64,000 nt of DNA, taken from Dendrobates tinctorius (Eukaryota). Below the pieces are notes generated by a model. That model searched no databases. It saw only the letters and a list, made by a program, of their open reading frames with translations, and was not told where the DNA came from. Made by a program: the position numbers and the translations under genes. Within the stretch, counting starts at the first letter, position 1. Every line of letters begins with the position of its first letter. Positions 50,201 to 62,947 of the stretch are shown here, piece by piece. The DNA is taken from assembly GCF_039654945.1 (NCBI RefSeq), contig NW_027361677.1, positions 13,454,001 to 13,518,000 on the forward strand. The letters run 5' to 3'.

Positions 50201-51996
50201 CCGTCAGATGGTGACAGACTACATGTCTTGCCCTCTCAGTGTTCTCCCACACGGTTCTTCCCCCTTCAAATTTTGTGTCTCTAAGCTGGATACATGGCCA
50301 GAGCTTAGCCAGTATGCATTGGAGGTGCTGGCTTGCCCTGCTGCTAGTATATTATCGGAACGCGTCTTTAGTGCCGCAGGTGGTGTACTAACAGACCGTC
50401 GCATGCGACTATCCTCCGATAACGTTGACCGGCTTACTTTTCTGAAAATGAACAAGGCCTGGATCTCGCGGGAATTTGCCAGTCCTCTTCCAGATTAAAT
50501 AATTGGTTGGCAACAGTATCCAGGTCTCCTGTTGTGTTCATGTTTCTACCACCTGAACTGTAATCCCTGGGCTCCAACACCGCCAGTTGCTGCTCAGCAG
50601 TGCCGTCTGCACAGTCAGCACTTGCTCCTGTGTTATTGGGGTTCAGTAACGTCAGCTGATCCCCTGCTGTGTGTCCAGAAATTTCTCCTGCTCCGACCAC
50701 ACTCACACTACTACAGATATTAAACTTGCTCCAATTAGGCCTCTAGCTACACTCTGTTTCTCCTGTAATCCCTGGGCTCCAACACCGCCAGTTGCTGCTC
50801 AGAAGTTCTGTCTGCACAGTCAACACATGCTCCAGTGTTATTGGGGTTCAGTAACATCAGCTGATCCCCTGCTGTGTGTCCGGCAATTTCGCCTGCTCTG
50901 TCCACACTCACACTACTACAGATATTAAATTTGCTCCAATTAGGCCTCTGGCTACACTCTGTTTCTACTGCAATCCCTGGGCTCCAACACCGCCAGTTGC
51001 TGCTCAGAAGTGTCTTTGGCACAGGTACTCCCTCCTGCCCAGCCTGGTTCCAGCACGCCAGCTGTTTCCGGGTAGTGTCAACGTCACTTTGCCTCCAATA
51101 CGTTGTCCTGTCATGTTGCGGTCGGGTTAGCCGACTCTATGGTGCCTGCAGTTTAGGCGCTTCCTATGTGGGCTGCGGGATCTGGCAATGAAGGCTGGTT
51201 CCGTAGTGCCAATAAGACAAGCTCCCCCTGTAGGACTATGGGTTTCGGTAACTCCGGCCGGCTCACAGCCTTGCAACTTTTTTTCATGTGTACCTTCTGC
51301 TGCCTATGTGAGTTACAGTACCATTAGCTGGTTCTTTGGAAGTCAATCTTGAATATGTCCCCCTGGGTTCCAGTAATGTCAGCTGGTTCCAGGCAGAGCC
51401 TTTGGCTTGGGTGCCTCCTTCTTGGTATCCGAGTTCCACCAACGTCTGCTGGTCCTTGGTAGTACTTTCTGGCACAGGTACCTCCTGCTTAGTATCCCGG
51501 TTCCAGTACCATCAGCTGGTCCTCAGTAGTTCCATTGGCTCTTGTACCTTTGGCTACCCATCCATGTTCCAGTACCGTCAGCTGGTTCTCAGCAGTTCCT
51601 CAGCCTTCTTGTACCTTCTGCTACATTTCCAAGTTCAAGCTTTTTGAAATGGTTTTTGGTAATCACTCTTGATCTCCCTGACAACGACCCTGAAGACCAC
51701 CCCGACGAAGACGACGAAACGTCTTAAAAGAAAAAATTAATTCCTGCTATTCTTTTTGATTGGGCTAAACCTCTATGCCTTTAATGTCTCCTCCACCTCT
51801 CCCAATACATTCTACATTATTCTTAGTTGTTTTCCTTCATGTAGAATAAACCTACAAGGAAAGTAAGGGTTTATTTTCATTCCGATATTTGTGTCCCATT
51901 GACTTGCATTGGTTTCGGAATCGGTGATATCCGATATTTTTGGGGTATCGGTCCGATCTGATATTTCCCGATATCGGAAGGCTTCGCTCAACACTA
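47221..51996 (+). mobile_element. hAT-superfamily DNA transposon (4.8 kb), decayed
   Basis: TIR TAGTGTTGAGC...GCTCAACACTA, subterminal CCGATA repeats, degenerate 8-bp TSD, internal transposase pseudogene and a 205-bp tandem repeat at ~50558-51008. Confidence 0.92.
48216..50498 (+). pseudogene. hAT transposase pseudogene (one frame, four premature stops, no BED finger seen)
   Basis: Motifs LTTDAWTS, FDNGRN, CLAHVLN, PTRWNST and CPAASILSERVFSAAG. In-frame stops at 48366, 48630, 48762 and 49383. Confidence 0.9.
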
Positions 51997-52039
51997 ATGT
52001 AATATTAAATACATAAGATTACAAATGTAATAATAATAA

Positions 52040-52420
52040 TAATATTATGATTTTTTGTACTATTTCAACCTCCATACTATTATTATTTTTGCACACTTAT
52101 TATACATTTTATATATTTTTATACTGTTTTTTGCACAATTATACATTTTATACATTTTTTATATTATTGCTTTTGCACAATTATATGTTTTATATATTTT
52201 TATATTTTTTTGCACAATTATTAGCATACATTTTATATATTTTTACACAATTATTTTTATACATTGCTTTTTTCACAATTATACATTTTATACATTTTTT
52301 ATATGGTCTTCGCACAATTATTATTACACGTTGTATATATTTTTTATATTGTTTTTGCACAATTGTTATTATACATTTTATATATATTTTTTATGTTGTT
52401 GTGTATTATTATTTCTATAT
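52040..52420. repeat. AT-rich degenerate tandem repeat (TTTTGCACAATTATACATTTTATA...)
   Basis: Repeated TTTT(G)CACAATTAT units. Confidence 0.8.
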
Positions 52421-53061
52421 GTTAGAGTAATACCAGTTTTATCCTGCTATGATCGAAGCGACATCATGCAGAGCTCTGAGACTAATTTACACTTCACTGC
52501 ATCTCGCTTTGTATACGTTTTGTTTATTCTCTTTTGGGATAAACTAATTTGAAATCATACAAGGATTTTACACAGTTTCTGAAGATAGTGCGCAATTTAC
52601 TCCATAGAAATATCTGGGTAATGTATCTTGCAAACTAATGGATTAAAATAGCCCCAGTGGATCCGGGCTATTTAATAGGAATGTTCAATGTGCTTTTAGG
52701 TAAACACTACAATTTCTTGTGAAATGGCTATAAAGCGAATTTCTCGAGAGCTTGTAAGAATAGAACAAGTTCATCTTTTTTTTTATTTTTAAAACCCGAG
52801 AGGGGAGCGTAGACTCACAATTTAATCATAAATTCACATTGCTGTCCGCACAGAATCAACAAGCTGACGGATTCTATTCTATCGCATGTAATAGGAGAAC
52901 TGTTTGTAGGGGGGGTGAGCAATCCCATCTCTGTTTCCCTGATCTCTTTCATTTAATTAAATATATAACATTTTTTTCTTTATTATATCTTTATTTTTAG
53001 AAATAGGAGATGAAAATTGAGAGAAAACAGATTTCATTTGGTGTTCAATAATTTTAGACAT

Positions 53062-53871
53062 ATCCCTTAATTTGTTGGTAAACCCGTTTGTTACACCATG
53101 ACACCCATAAAGGGGTGAACAGAAAAGCACAACTTCAGAAAAAAAATATTTAAAATGTCATTATATTAAATACATAAATAACAAAATAATTACACAAAAA
53201 AGGTAACCTCCGATGAGAGAGACACAATCTAAGGCTACGGACCCCTTTAAATGTACTAATTATGAAGCACAATAAATGAAATTATCAAAATTTCCATCTA
53301 TATATGTATAAGACAAAGTCTATTCCAATCCAAGAAGACTTCTCTGATAAGATTTAATGTGCACCTAAGTCACGTATATACATGGAGCCTGGCAAAATCC
53401 ATAGGTCATACATTACTATACAAAGAAAGTGCAACAATGCTACGCACAATATATAGTGATATGTGATTGAAATAGAACAAACACCTTATCATATACTCAC
53501 ATGTGTGAGGTCTGTGCCATGTCCCTCCACCCCGATGCGCGTTTCGTCCACACTTCTTCAGGGGGCATGTCAGGGAAGAGGGACATCTGACTTTTAAACT
53601 ATCCTCCTACCAATAGAGTGCTCTACGTGACATCACATGTCTTCTTTGAATATGCCCCTGTAATACGGCGCGCCACATCATTCCACCGCTACCCCGGAAA
53701 TGATGCATCATCTCCGGCATGTGAGACCCAAACACGCAGGTAGCCATGGTACCAGGCACGTGAGTGTCAGCTCACTCTTTATTGCCGGTGATGTCAGAGT
53801 CTGGAAGCTGATGGATCTGACCAGCGCGCTCCACTAGGGCTATTCAAATCCTGAACAAAAACGTAATATAT
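53062..53871 (-). mobile_element. ~810-bp PLE-like insertion with a minimal hammerhead-like motif, between ~92-bp direct repeats
   Basis: Minus strand CCCC-CTGAAGA-AGTGTGGAC-GAAAC-GCGC-ATC-GGGG at 53530-53565. Direct repeats at 52970-53061 and 53872-53964. Confidence 0.6.
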
Positions 53872-56301
53872 ATTTTTTTCTTTGTTATATCTTTTATTTT
53901 TAGAAATAAGAGATGAAAATTGATAGAAAACAGATTTCATTTGGGGTTCTATAATTTTAGACATTACTTAACTGTTCAGAATCTGAAGAATTTGGAAATA
54001 CCTGGACAAAATAGTATATTTTTATTGACAAACAGAAATCTTGAAGCTATAGATCTACCTTTCCTTACCTTCCCTTTTGGCTTGATATTCCCAATAAAAG
54101 AAACACGAGGTGAATAGTAATGAAAAAACCCAACATGATTTTTGCGCTACTCTGTTGGGGGATAGCTATGCTATATGTGCCTTTGTATAGATGTCAGATG
54201 GCTGTATAAATCGGTCCAAGATTGGAGCTCAGTGCATGGATTGGCTGGCTGCTCTCCTGACCTAAGTGTGACAACTTCATAGAAATACATGAACCTGTCA
54301 TGCATGGGTCAATAGAACCGCCGGCCAATCCGTTCACTGCTTTTCAATCTCAGACCGATATTATACGGCTATCTGACTGCGCCCTAAAGATGAGCAAATA
54401 AATTTGAGTGGTAATGAATTCTACTTAATTTTACAAAAATTTGAATTTACCAAATATCTGAATTTTTGTAATTCGCTTCTAATAGGATTTCAGCCAAATG
54501 GTGGCCAAGGGCTACAATTTTCATGAAAATGTTAAAAAAATTCTTACACTCACCTCTCCATCCTCTATGTTACCTGCCCGTTTTTTGCTGCTTCTTTAGA
54601 TCGCCAATCTCGCACTTAAATCCCTGGTGCCTCACATACGGCTGGATCTTCTGGCTTTGATGAAGACCCTGGAGGATTCTACACAAGCGAGCAAAAAGTC
54701 GTGGCCTTATGACATCAAGGCGTGCTCAAAAACCTTTGCAAACACTTGATCAGATCCCTGCTAGGCCTCCTCAAAGCCGGAAGTCCAGATCCATCACGAG
54801 AACATGGGATTTCAGAGTGAGCGTTGGCGTTCTGAAGACGTTGCGAAGAGTGAACGGGTGGTGGTGAGAAGCAGAGGGTCAACAAAGGTAAAGATAAGAT
54901 GAGTTTAAGGATCTGTTTTTTATTTTTTACATCTATTTTGGTTAATAAGAACATTCAATTTATGGGGAAAGCAAATGAAACGTTCAGGGAAAAGGCACGC
55001 AGATGGGCAAATTCGGATTTTACGTGATCAGTTCATCTCAAGACTATTTCCTATAGTATATCCTATTCACTACATATTGTTTGTTTTGGACATGCAGTGA
55101 CTCACTTCATACTTCTCAACTTTATACCAATTGTCATTATACACTAACTGGCTGTCAGGGATGCCACAGATGCTAGCGGAAAATAAATGCACCACTATTA
55201 AAATACATTTACCAGCATTTGTGTATTTCTCAGTGGAATTCCACAGACTGTAATGTATTTTTCTTGTGTCCTGTTGTTTTCCAACTCTCACTGTAGGGCA
55301 CAAATTTCGATGCAAAATACAAGAAGAAATATTTATGTGCAATGGATTTATGTAGCGAGGGTCCTTTTTCCAAAAAAAATCAATCCTCGTTATTTTCTTT
55401 GCGAACAAAATATTGAAGACAATCTATGCTGGAAACAGAACCATTTTAACCCGACCCAGCAAGATACAGATTGGAGTCCTGGTGGGAAGAATAGAATTTG
55501 CGCTAGAGATCATTAGTTTATTGTAGATAACATGGTTCTGTTTCTAGTATCGCACATTTTCTATTGTTTGTTATCGAAAATGATTTGGTTGGTAAATAGG
55601 CAAATAGTAAATTAATATATTTTTTTTTTTAGTAGACACTATACACCCAAAAAAATGGAAACTGTTATAAAAACTGGCATAGGCTTTCGTAAATAGTGAA
55701 GAGCGAGCATGCTAAGATAAGATGTTGACCGAGCATGCTCGTGTGCTAATTGAGTATCTTCAGCATGCGCTAAAACTAGATTCGAGTCCCCGCGTCTGAA
55801 TGTCTCACGGCTGTTCGACAGCCACAACATATGCAGTGATTGCCTGTTTGTTAGTTAATCCCGGCATGTGCTGTGACTGTCAAACAACTGCGAGACATTC
55901 GGCAGTGGTGGCTTGAACATAGTATTTGAGCACTCTATTAGCACACAAGCATGCTTGGATAAGACCTTATCCAAGTATGCTCAATTATCACAAGTTATTA
56001 ATCATTAGGGAGCATAACAGTGCATTTACGCTGGATGATTATTTATAAACCAACATTTGTAGGAACGTTCTTGGTCCTCTAATTGGCCGCTAAAAACAAG
56101 CTCCCATTCATTCTACGAATGAGCTAACTGCTTATTCGTCGGGTGAAAAGGCGCAAATAAAAATCTTGCTCTCGGCAGATCACCATCCACAGGACATGTG
56201 CTGCCGAAAGCAATGACATGTGTATGTGCACATAATGGTCTATTACCAATCTTTCTATGTGCATTGAAAATGCCGTCGGCTTGTCTAAGCAAGGTATTAA
56301 G

Positions 56302-58564
56302 TAGTGTTGAGCATTCCGAAACTGCAAATATCGGGTATCGGCCGATATTCACTGTATCGGAATTCCGATACCGAGTACCGATATTTTTACAATATCGAAT
56401 ACCGGAATCGGAAGTTCCCATAATGCAATGAGTCAGTGTTGTGGCTGTGATTGGCTGCTGAAATGATGTCATCATGATGTGCGGTCTGTGCGGGCCTGCC
56501 GGGGGTCTGTGTGGGCCTGCTGTGGGTCTGTACGGGCCTGCCGGGGGTCTGTGCGGGTCTGCCGGGGTCTGTGCGGCCCTGCCGGTGGTTGTGTGTGTGT
56601 GTGCAGGCATCGTCCGATGGAACTACAAGTCCCATCGGGCTGTGCCTGCTACAATGACAGTGATTGACACATTAGCCAATGATGGGACAGTAGTAGTCCC
56701 ATCATCCGGTTAATGTGTTGAATGTAAAGAAAAAAAAAAACATACATATTACATACATACTACATATACACTACATTCATACAACATACATACATACTAC
56801 ATACATACTTCATATATACTACATTCATACAACATACATACATACTACATATATACTACATTCATACAGCATACATACATACTACATACATACTACATAT
56901 ATACTATATTCATACAGCATACATACTGCAGTACATATATACTACATTCATAAAGCATACATACATACTACATACATACTACATATATACTACATTCATA
57001 CAACATACATACTACATACATACTACATATATACAACATTCATACAGCATACATACTACATAATACATACATACTACATATATACTACATTCATACAACA
57101 TACATACATACTACATATATACTACATTCATACAACATGCATACATACTACATACATACAACATACATACTACATACAATACATTCATACAATACATACA
57201 TATAGACATACAGTACATATAACATAGAGTACATACTCACCATCACTTGTCACTTTGATCCCCGAAGCCAGTGTCATCTCACTGTAAAAAATATTAAAAT
57301 AACAAACAACCGATATACTCCCTGATCCGCAGAAATCCACGAGTGTCCCATGACGATCTCCTGAAGTGCATCACTGAGAGGTTACTATAGTTCACTGGTC
57401 TCACTTTATGGCAAAAGCTGCATGGGAACTTTCTCACACAGCAATGCCAAAAGTGAAACTAGGAACTATTTTTTTACAGTGCGGAAGGATACCTAGCTCC
57501 TGTCATTGTATTCCTGGGGCCCCTAGAGAGCGGTCGCATCAGCTGATGCTGCTGTTCTCCACAGGAGATCGTCGTGGGACACTCGTGGATTTCTGCGGAT
57601 CAGGGAGTATATTGCTTGTTTGTTATTTTAATATTTTTTACAGATGACACTGGCTTCGGGGATCAAAGTGACAAGTGATGGTGAGTATGTACTCTATGTT
57701 GTATGTACTGTATGTCTATATGTATGTATTGTATGAATGTATTGTATGTAGTATGTATGATGTATGTCTGTAGCATGTTTTATGTATGTTGTATGTATGT
57801 AGTATGTATGTAGTATGTTGTATGAATGTAGTATGTTTGTAGTATGTAGTATGTATGTATGTTGTATGAATATAGTATATATGAAGTATGTATGTATGTT
57901 GTATGAATGTAGTATATATGTAGTATGTATGTTGTATGAAAGTAGTATATATGTAGTATGTATGTAGTATGTAGTATGTATGTATGTATGTTGTATGAAT
58001 GTAGTATATATGTAGTATGTATGTTTTTTTTACATTCAACACAGCCGGATGATGGGACTACTACTGTCCCATCATTGGCTAATGTGTCAATCACTGTCAT
58101 TGTAGCAGGCATAACCCGATGGGACTTGTAGTCCCATCGGACGATGCCTGCACACACACAACCCCTGGCAGGCCCGCACAGACCCCTGGCAGGCCCGCAC
58201 AGACCCCCGGCAGGCCCGCACAGACCCCCGGCAGGCCCGCACAGACCCCCGGCAGCCCGCACAGACCCCCGGCAGGCCCGTACAGGCCCCCGGCAGGCCC
58301 ACACAGCCCTCCGAGAGGCCCGTACAGACCCCGCCCGCACACACAGACATGCACATTGTCCGCCCATGCACCGCCCACACTCTTCCCCCCTCCTGAACTG
58401 GATGTGCAAGTAAAGAAAGGGTTTTTTTTAATTCCGATATTTGTGCCCCATTGACTTGCATGGGTTTCCGGTATCGGAATCGGCAATACCCGATACTTTT
58501 TGGGTATCGTCCGATCCAATCCGATCTGATACTTCACGATATCAGATGGTATCTCTCAACACTA
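56302..58564. mobile_element. Non-autonomous hAT derivative (2263 bp) with ~800-bp internal inverted arms
   Basis: TAGTGTTGAG...CTCAACACTA with perfect 8-bp TSD GTATTAAG. Arms ~56482-57361 and ~57563-58330 contain 21-bp GC repeats and (TACA/CATA)n. Ends are shared with 47221-51996. Confidence 0.93.
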
Positions 58565-59940
58565 GTATTAAGCAACCATCTACCGGCAACTCTGTAGCTG
58601 ATCGACAATCATTTAATTGTTGCCATTGATCAATGTGAACAAACCTTAAGGGCTCAGTCAGATGACCATATAACATTGACGACAATCTCATCGCAATGCT
58701 TGGATTGTCTGTTGGCTTTTCTGACCAAATCATGTCAGCCTGTATTTCTATGCAGCTGCCTTGCTTGGGCCATCTGAGCCGATGACCAGTCCTAGCATTG
58801 CGAAGTGTTGATGAATAATTTCTAAAAATCCTAATTTGAGTCCAAAAGTGTTTTGGGTCCGTCAACAGATGTCTACAATCTCAGCTTCACTCCTGTGTAA
58901 TCTTTTTATTCTACAGAAAAAAATACTGGTACACAACAAAAGTATAATTTAGCTTACTTCTTGTTAGTTATTTGCATGCGGAAAGGATAAGTGACAAGTT
59001 GTTGATCGTTGGAGATCCAACAATTGAGATCCCCATTGATTTTGGGAATGGGTCTCTGAATTGCCATGGCCTAAAGGAGCTCGATTCCACTGTCTATGAC
59101 ATGTCGGAGTACTGTATGCATCAATCTCCAAAAGACCCCAAAGACAATGACGTGCATGTGTATTTATGGCAATTTTTAGCATTTTTCGAGATTACGGTTG
59201 GTGACCAAGTTGACAGACCTTTAGTGATCGTCAAGGTATCACCTCAATAAGGTTTTAACTTGACATATGGACAAAAAATCTTTAAAAAGTTTATAAATTG
59301 GAAAGTTACATTTTCTTTTCAAACTTCTCTAAAGTTTAGTGTTTTTTTTTTTCCTTTTTTAATGTTATCCTAAAATTAGAGTTGCTTAGTGAAATGTCAC
59401 AATATCTCTATTTTTTGGTATTTCCACCGAAAAGAAATTCATTCGGCTGAGAGTCTTCTAACATGAGCGAATACATAGCCAATTCACCTTGAACTGATCA
59501 TTCGAAAGCAATTTTTGATATCCAGTGTTTTTGTCATTCAATATAAAACCAGCCGCTTTGAATTACATGGTAAAGGGCCTGAACACTTCAGATATGGAAA
59601 TGCTTTCCATCTTGAAAATGTTAATATTTGTTGTACAAAGGACTATTTGCACAGACCCTGCAGCATTTATCTTACCCCAAAGTAATATTTAAAATGCCTG
59701 CATCCTTTGTCTTCCAAAGATATTGCATATTTATAATGGAACCGAAGTGGAAATATCAAAGTAATAATACGACCAAGAAACTCTGGCTCTGCTTGTCTAT
59801 AAGATTGGATGGCTAAGTCGTGTGCTTTTCAGAACTAAGTGTGTTTTAATGCAAATATTATGAGTATGCAATTAGATCAAATGTGATGAAAAGTGGAAAA
59901 CTAAAATTTAAGATTCTGCTGCTAAAAACAAATTTTTTAA

Positions 59941-60359
59941 AGAAGCACTCCCCCCAAAATTTTTATCCTTTTAATATATTGCTGTCATCATATTATATAG
60001 CACTGCACACTTACAATTGCTCATTTTGCCTTTTGCCCGGCTAATTATTCTCTTTTCCATTAGGTCTATGACATCACATGATCAAAAACTGACTAGCTGT
60101 GTCCTTCTTACATCTATGTAGAAACATGAGTCAACACTGCAAAAGTCCCTGGCAGAGGAGAGAAGAAAACAGCAGAGTCAAAAGTTGAAGAAGGGGATGA
60201 CTCGTGCAGGGACAAGAGACTTCCTGTTTCTACACAAAGCAGAGGAAAGAAAAGAAAGGGTAGAAAGGCAAAATGAGCAATTGTTAGTACACAATGCTTT
60301 ATAATATGATGACTTCAATAAATATTAAGAGGATAAAAACTTTGATGGGAGCTGTGTTT
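59941..60359. mobile_element. Kolobok/T2-family MITE
   Basis: TTAA|AGAAGCACTCCC ... GGGAGCTGTGTTT|TTAA; inverted ACAATTGCTCATTTTGCCTT/AAGGCAAAATGAGCAATTGT. Confidence 0.75.
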
Positions 60360-60596
60360 TTAAAAAATCTACCGAAAAACTCCAACAGTTTTGAATCTTG
60401 AAAACAGAAAAAAAGTACTAGAAGCACTTAATTAATTCTGATAATCAATTGTATAATAGACCAAATAATGCATTCATATAAACAAATCGAAGATGATACA
60501 ATAAAACGAAAGAACTCAGCACTCAAGGGTATGCAGATGAAAAAGAAAATTGACTTATCCGTGCAATCAAATAGTTAAACAAACCAAAAAAATTCC

Positions 60597-61328
60597 TATA
60601 GAATGGGAGGAATAGGGCTAAGTGACAGCACATGTGAAAAAGACTTGGGTATACTAATAGATCACAGACTGAATATGAGTCAACAGTGTGATGCAGCAGC
60701 AAAAAAGGCAAATGCAATTCTAGGATGTATTAACAGAAGCATACAGTCTAGATCACGTGAAGTCATTATTTCCCTCTACTCCTCTTTGGTCAGACCTCAT
60801 CTGGAATATTGTGTCCAGTTTTGGGCACCACATTTTAAAAAAGACATCAACAAACTGGAGCAAGTTCAGAAAAGAGCGACCAGAATGGTGACCGGTCTGC
60901 AAACCCTGTCTTATGAGGAAAGGTTGCAGGATTTGGGAATGTTTAGTTTGCAAAAGAGAAGACTGAGAGGAGACTTAATAGCTGTCTACAAATATCTAAA
61001 GGGCTGTCACATTGTAGAAGGATCAACTTTATTCTCATTTGCACAAGGAAAGACTAGAAGCAATGGGATGAAACTGAATGGGAAGAGACACAGATTAGAT
61101 ATTAGAAAAAACTTTTTGACAGTTAGAGTGATCAATGAGTGGAACAGGCTGCCACGAGAAGTGGTGAGTTCTCCTTCAATGGAAGTCTTCAAACAGAGGC
61201 TGGACAGACATCTGACTGGGATGATTTAGCGAATCCTGCTTTGAGCAGGGGGTTGGACCAGATGGCCCAGGAGGTCCCTTCCAACTCTACGATTCTATGA
61301 TTCTATGATTCTATGATTCTATTCTATG
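60597..61328 (+). mobile_element. 5'-truncated CR1 LINE (ORF2 C-terminus, 3' UTR and (ATTCTATG)n tail)
   Basis: Open 208-aa frame with EKDLGILID, LVRPHLEYCVQFWAP, RRLRGDLIAVYKYL and WNRLPREVV. 3' UTR GGGGTTGGAC..GATG..GAGGTCCCTTCCAAC followed by octamer repeats. Confidence 0.96.
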
Positions 61329-61526
61329 ACGTTTCAGTCCTATCTCTGGACCTTCATCAGAAAGATGAAGCTTGCTGTGGAGATATAGGCTAGAAATAGT
61401 AGTGGAGCGCTATGTGATTGCGAAAACCTCCAGAAACAGCAGTCCCAGTCCCACAGCTATTTGCATCTTTCTGATGAAGGCCCAGAGATAAGATCGAAAC
61501 GTCAAATTTGTTTTATTTAACTATTG
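61327..61526. mobile_element. Inverted-repeat PLE-like element with two hammerhead-like motifs; left arm split by the CR1
   Basis: Plus strand TTT-CTGATGA-AGGCCCAGAGATAAGATC-GAAAC-GTC-AAA (61468-61506). Minus strand TTT-CTGATGA-A-GGTCC-AGAGATA-GGACT-GAAAC-GTC-A (61327-61363). The rest of the left arm (AATAGTTAAACAAAC) lies at ~60570-60594. Confidence 0.7.
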
Positions 61527-62148
61527 GTGTTATTAAACTTATAAGGGAAGACTGCACGTTCCATAATTAACTCAAAGACATAACTTTATTATTAAGATAT
61601 CAAAGCATTTAAAACATGTATGTAGAGACGGTTTTATGAGTATCAATAAAGAAATGAGTGGATATATTTAATTTAATCCAATGGATCAAAATATATCTAA
61701 AAATGGCTTCAAAATACAGCAAGCGTAGCGTTACAGGACTGATTAAAATAGATATATGATAATAGAATAGGGGGAAGATAATTTCCCTAAATATAGTTAA
61801 CCTTCCTAACATAGAAATTCCATTCTGCATTATCACTGTGTCATCAATTAAGAGAGGTAGATATGTAGGGGAAAAGTGCTTAGTTTATAAAATAGTTATT
61901 CATAAAAAGTGTTTTGGCTTGATAATGAAAAATTAATCCAATTAAGTGCAATAATAATTATGCAAAAAGTGATTGCAAAGTGCAAACTCAGGGCTACATA
62001 TAATGTACTGCATACAATGGCATAAATGACTATGTCTCCCTCATAAGCATGTTATAAATGAGCCCACTCTGATGCATCTACATAAGAGACCACACAGGGC
62101 AAAAAAAAGAAGCAGTGAACAAAATAAGATTGGAAAGTAAAACCCATC

Positions 62149-62184
62149 ACCTCATACATGTTTCGCCATCGCTTCATCAGGGGG
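62149..62184 (-). ncRNA. Degenerate minimal hammerhead-like motif in a probable PLE-derived repeat
   Basis: CCCC-CTGATGA-AGCGATGGC-GAAAC-AT-GTA-TGAGG; core intact, stem I decayed. Confidence 0.5.
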
Positions 62185-62947
62185 CATATACTATTGAATT
62201 GCACAAATATATCAAATCTCTATTTCATCTGCACAAACTTCAGTGCCGAGTACTTTCACTTTATTGGGCGTACTCAGACAGGCGTATTTCTGGTTCGAGG
62301 ATGGCATCGCAATCCTTGGACTGGCCGTCGGCCATCCTAAGCTGAGCGTAAGATCTGCATAGAAATTTATGCTGCCACGCTCACGTCAGGAAAGCCAACG
62401 GCCAGTCCGAGGATTGCGATGTGATCTTCATGTGAGTAATACGCCTGTCTGAGTGCGCCCTTATATTGTGGACCCTTACTCGTGCACCACTGTAACACAG
62501 AGTGATGTATACTATTGATGACACTCACAGGCATACTCTGACCCGTGGACAGCACTCTAAAGAGAAGAGTAAGCTGACCAGATACAACAGTTTGTTGGAA
62601 AAGATTCAATATAACTTGTATTTCATGAATTCATATGGTGTTTACATACGTATAAGTCCAGTGGATGGTCACATTCACACAGAACTGTCAGTCAATGAGT
62701 AGGACCGCCCACTGGACCCATAGGCATGCAACAAAAAAGATTTCAAAGAATAAAATGCAAGTTTTACGTAAACCTTTTCTACAAAAATATATATCACAGT
62801 CTGTATTAAAAAAATATTAACAGTCTATAATTGGTAACTCTTTTGACCAGATTGTCTAAAATGGAAAACCCCTTGAAGAACATTAATAAACCAGGAATTT
62901 AAAAAAAGTCATTAATCGGAAAGCACTAGAAAATAAGCTGCACTTAC

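Noticed and set aside
51690-51723. CTGAAGA...GAAACGTC hammerhead-like core inside the hAT element
   Set aside because: No stem I or stem II pairing; it lies in a (GAC)n-like low-complexity tract, so a chance match is likely.
52047-52552. 127- and 165-aa hydrophobic ORFs
   Set aside because: AT-rich degenerate repeat; low-complexity artefacts.
56113-58537. Several 100-210-aa ORFs (YIHTT-rich, GLCGPA-rich)
   Set aside because: Translations of micro- and minisatellites inside a MITE.
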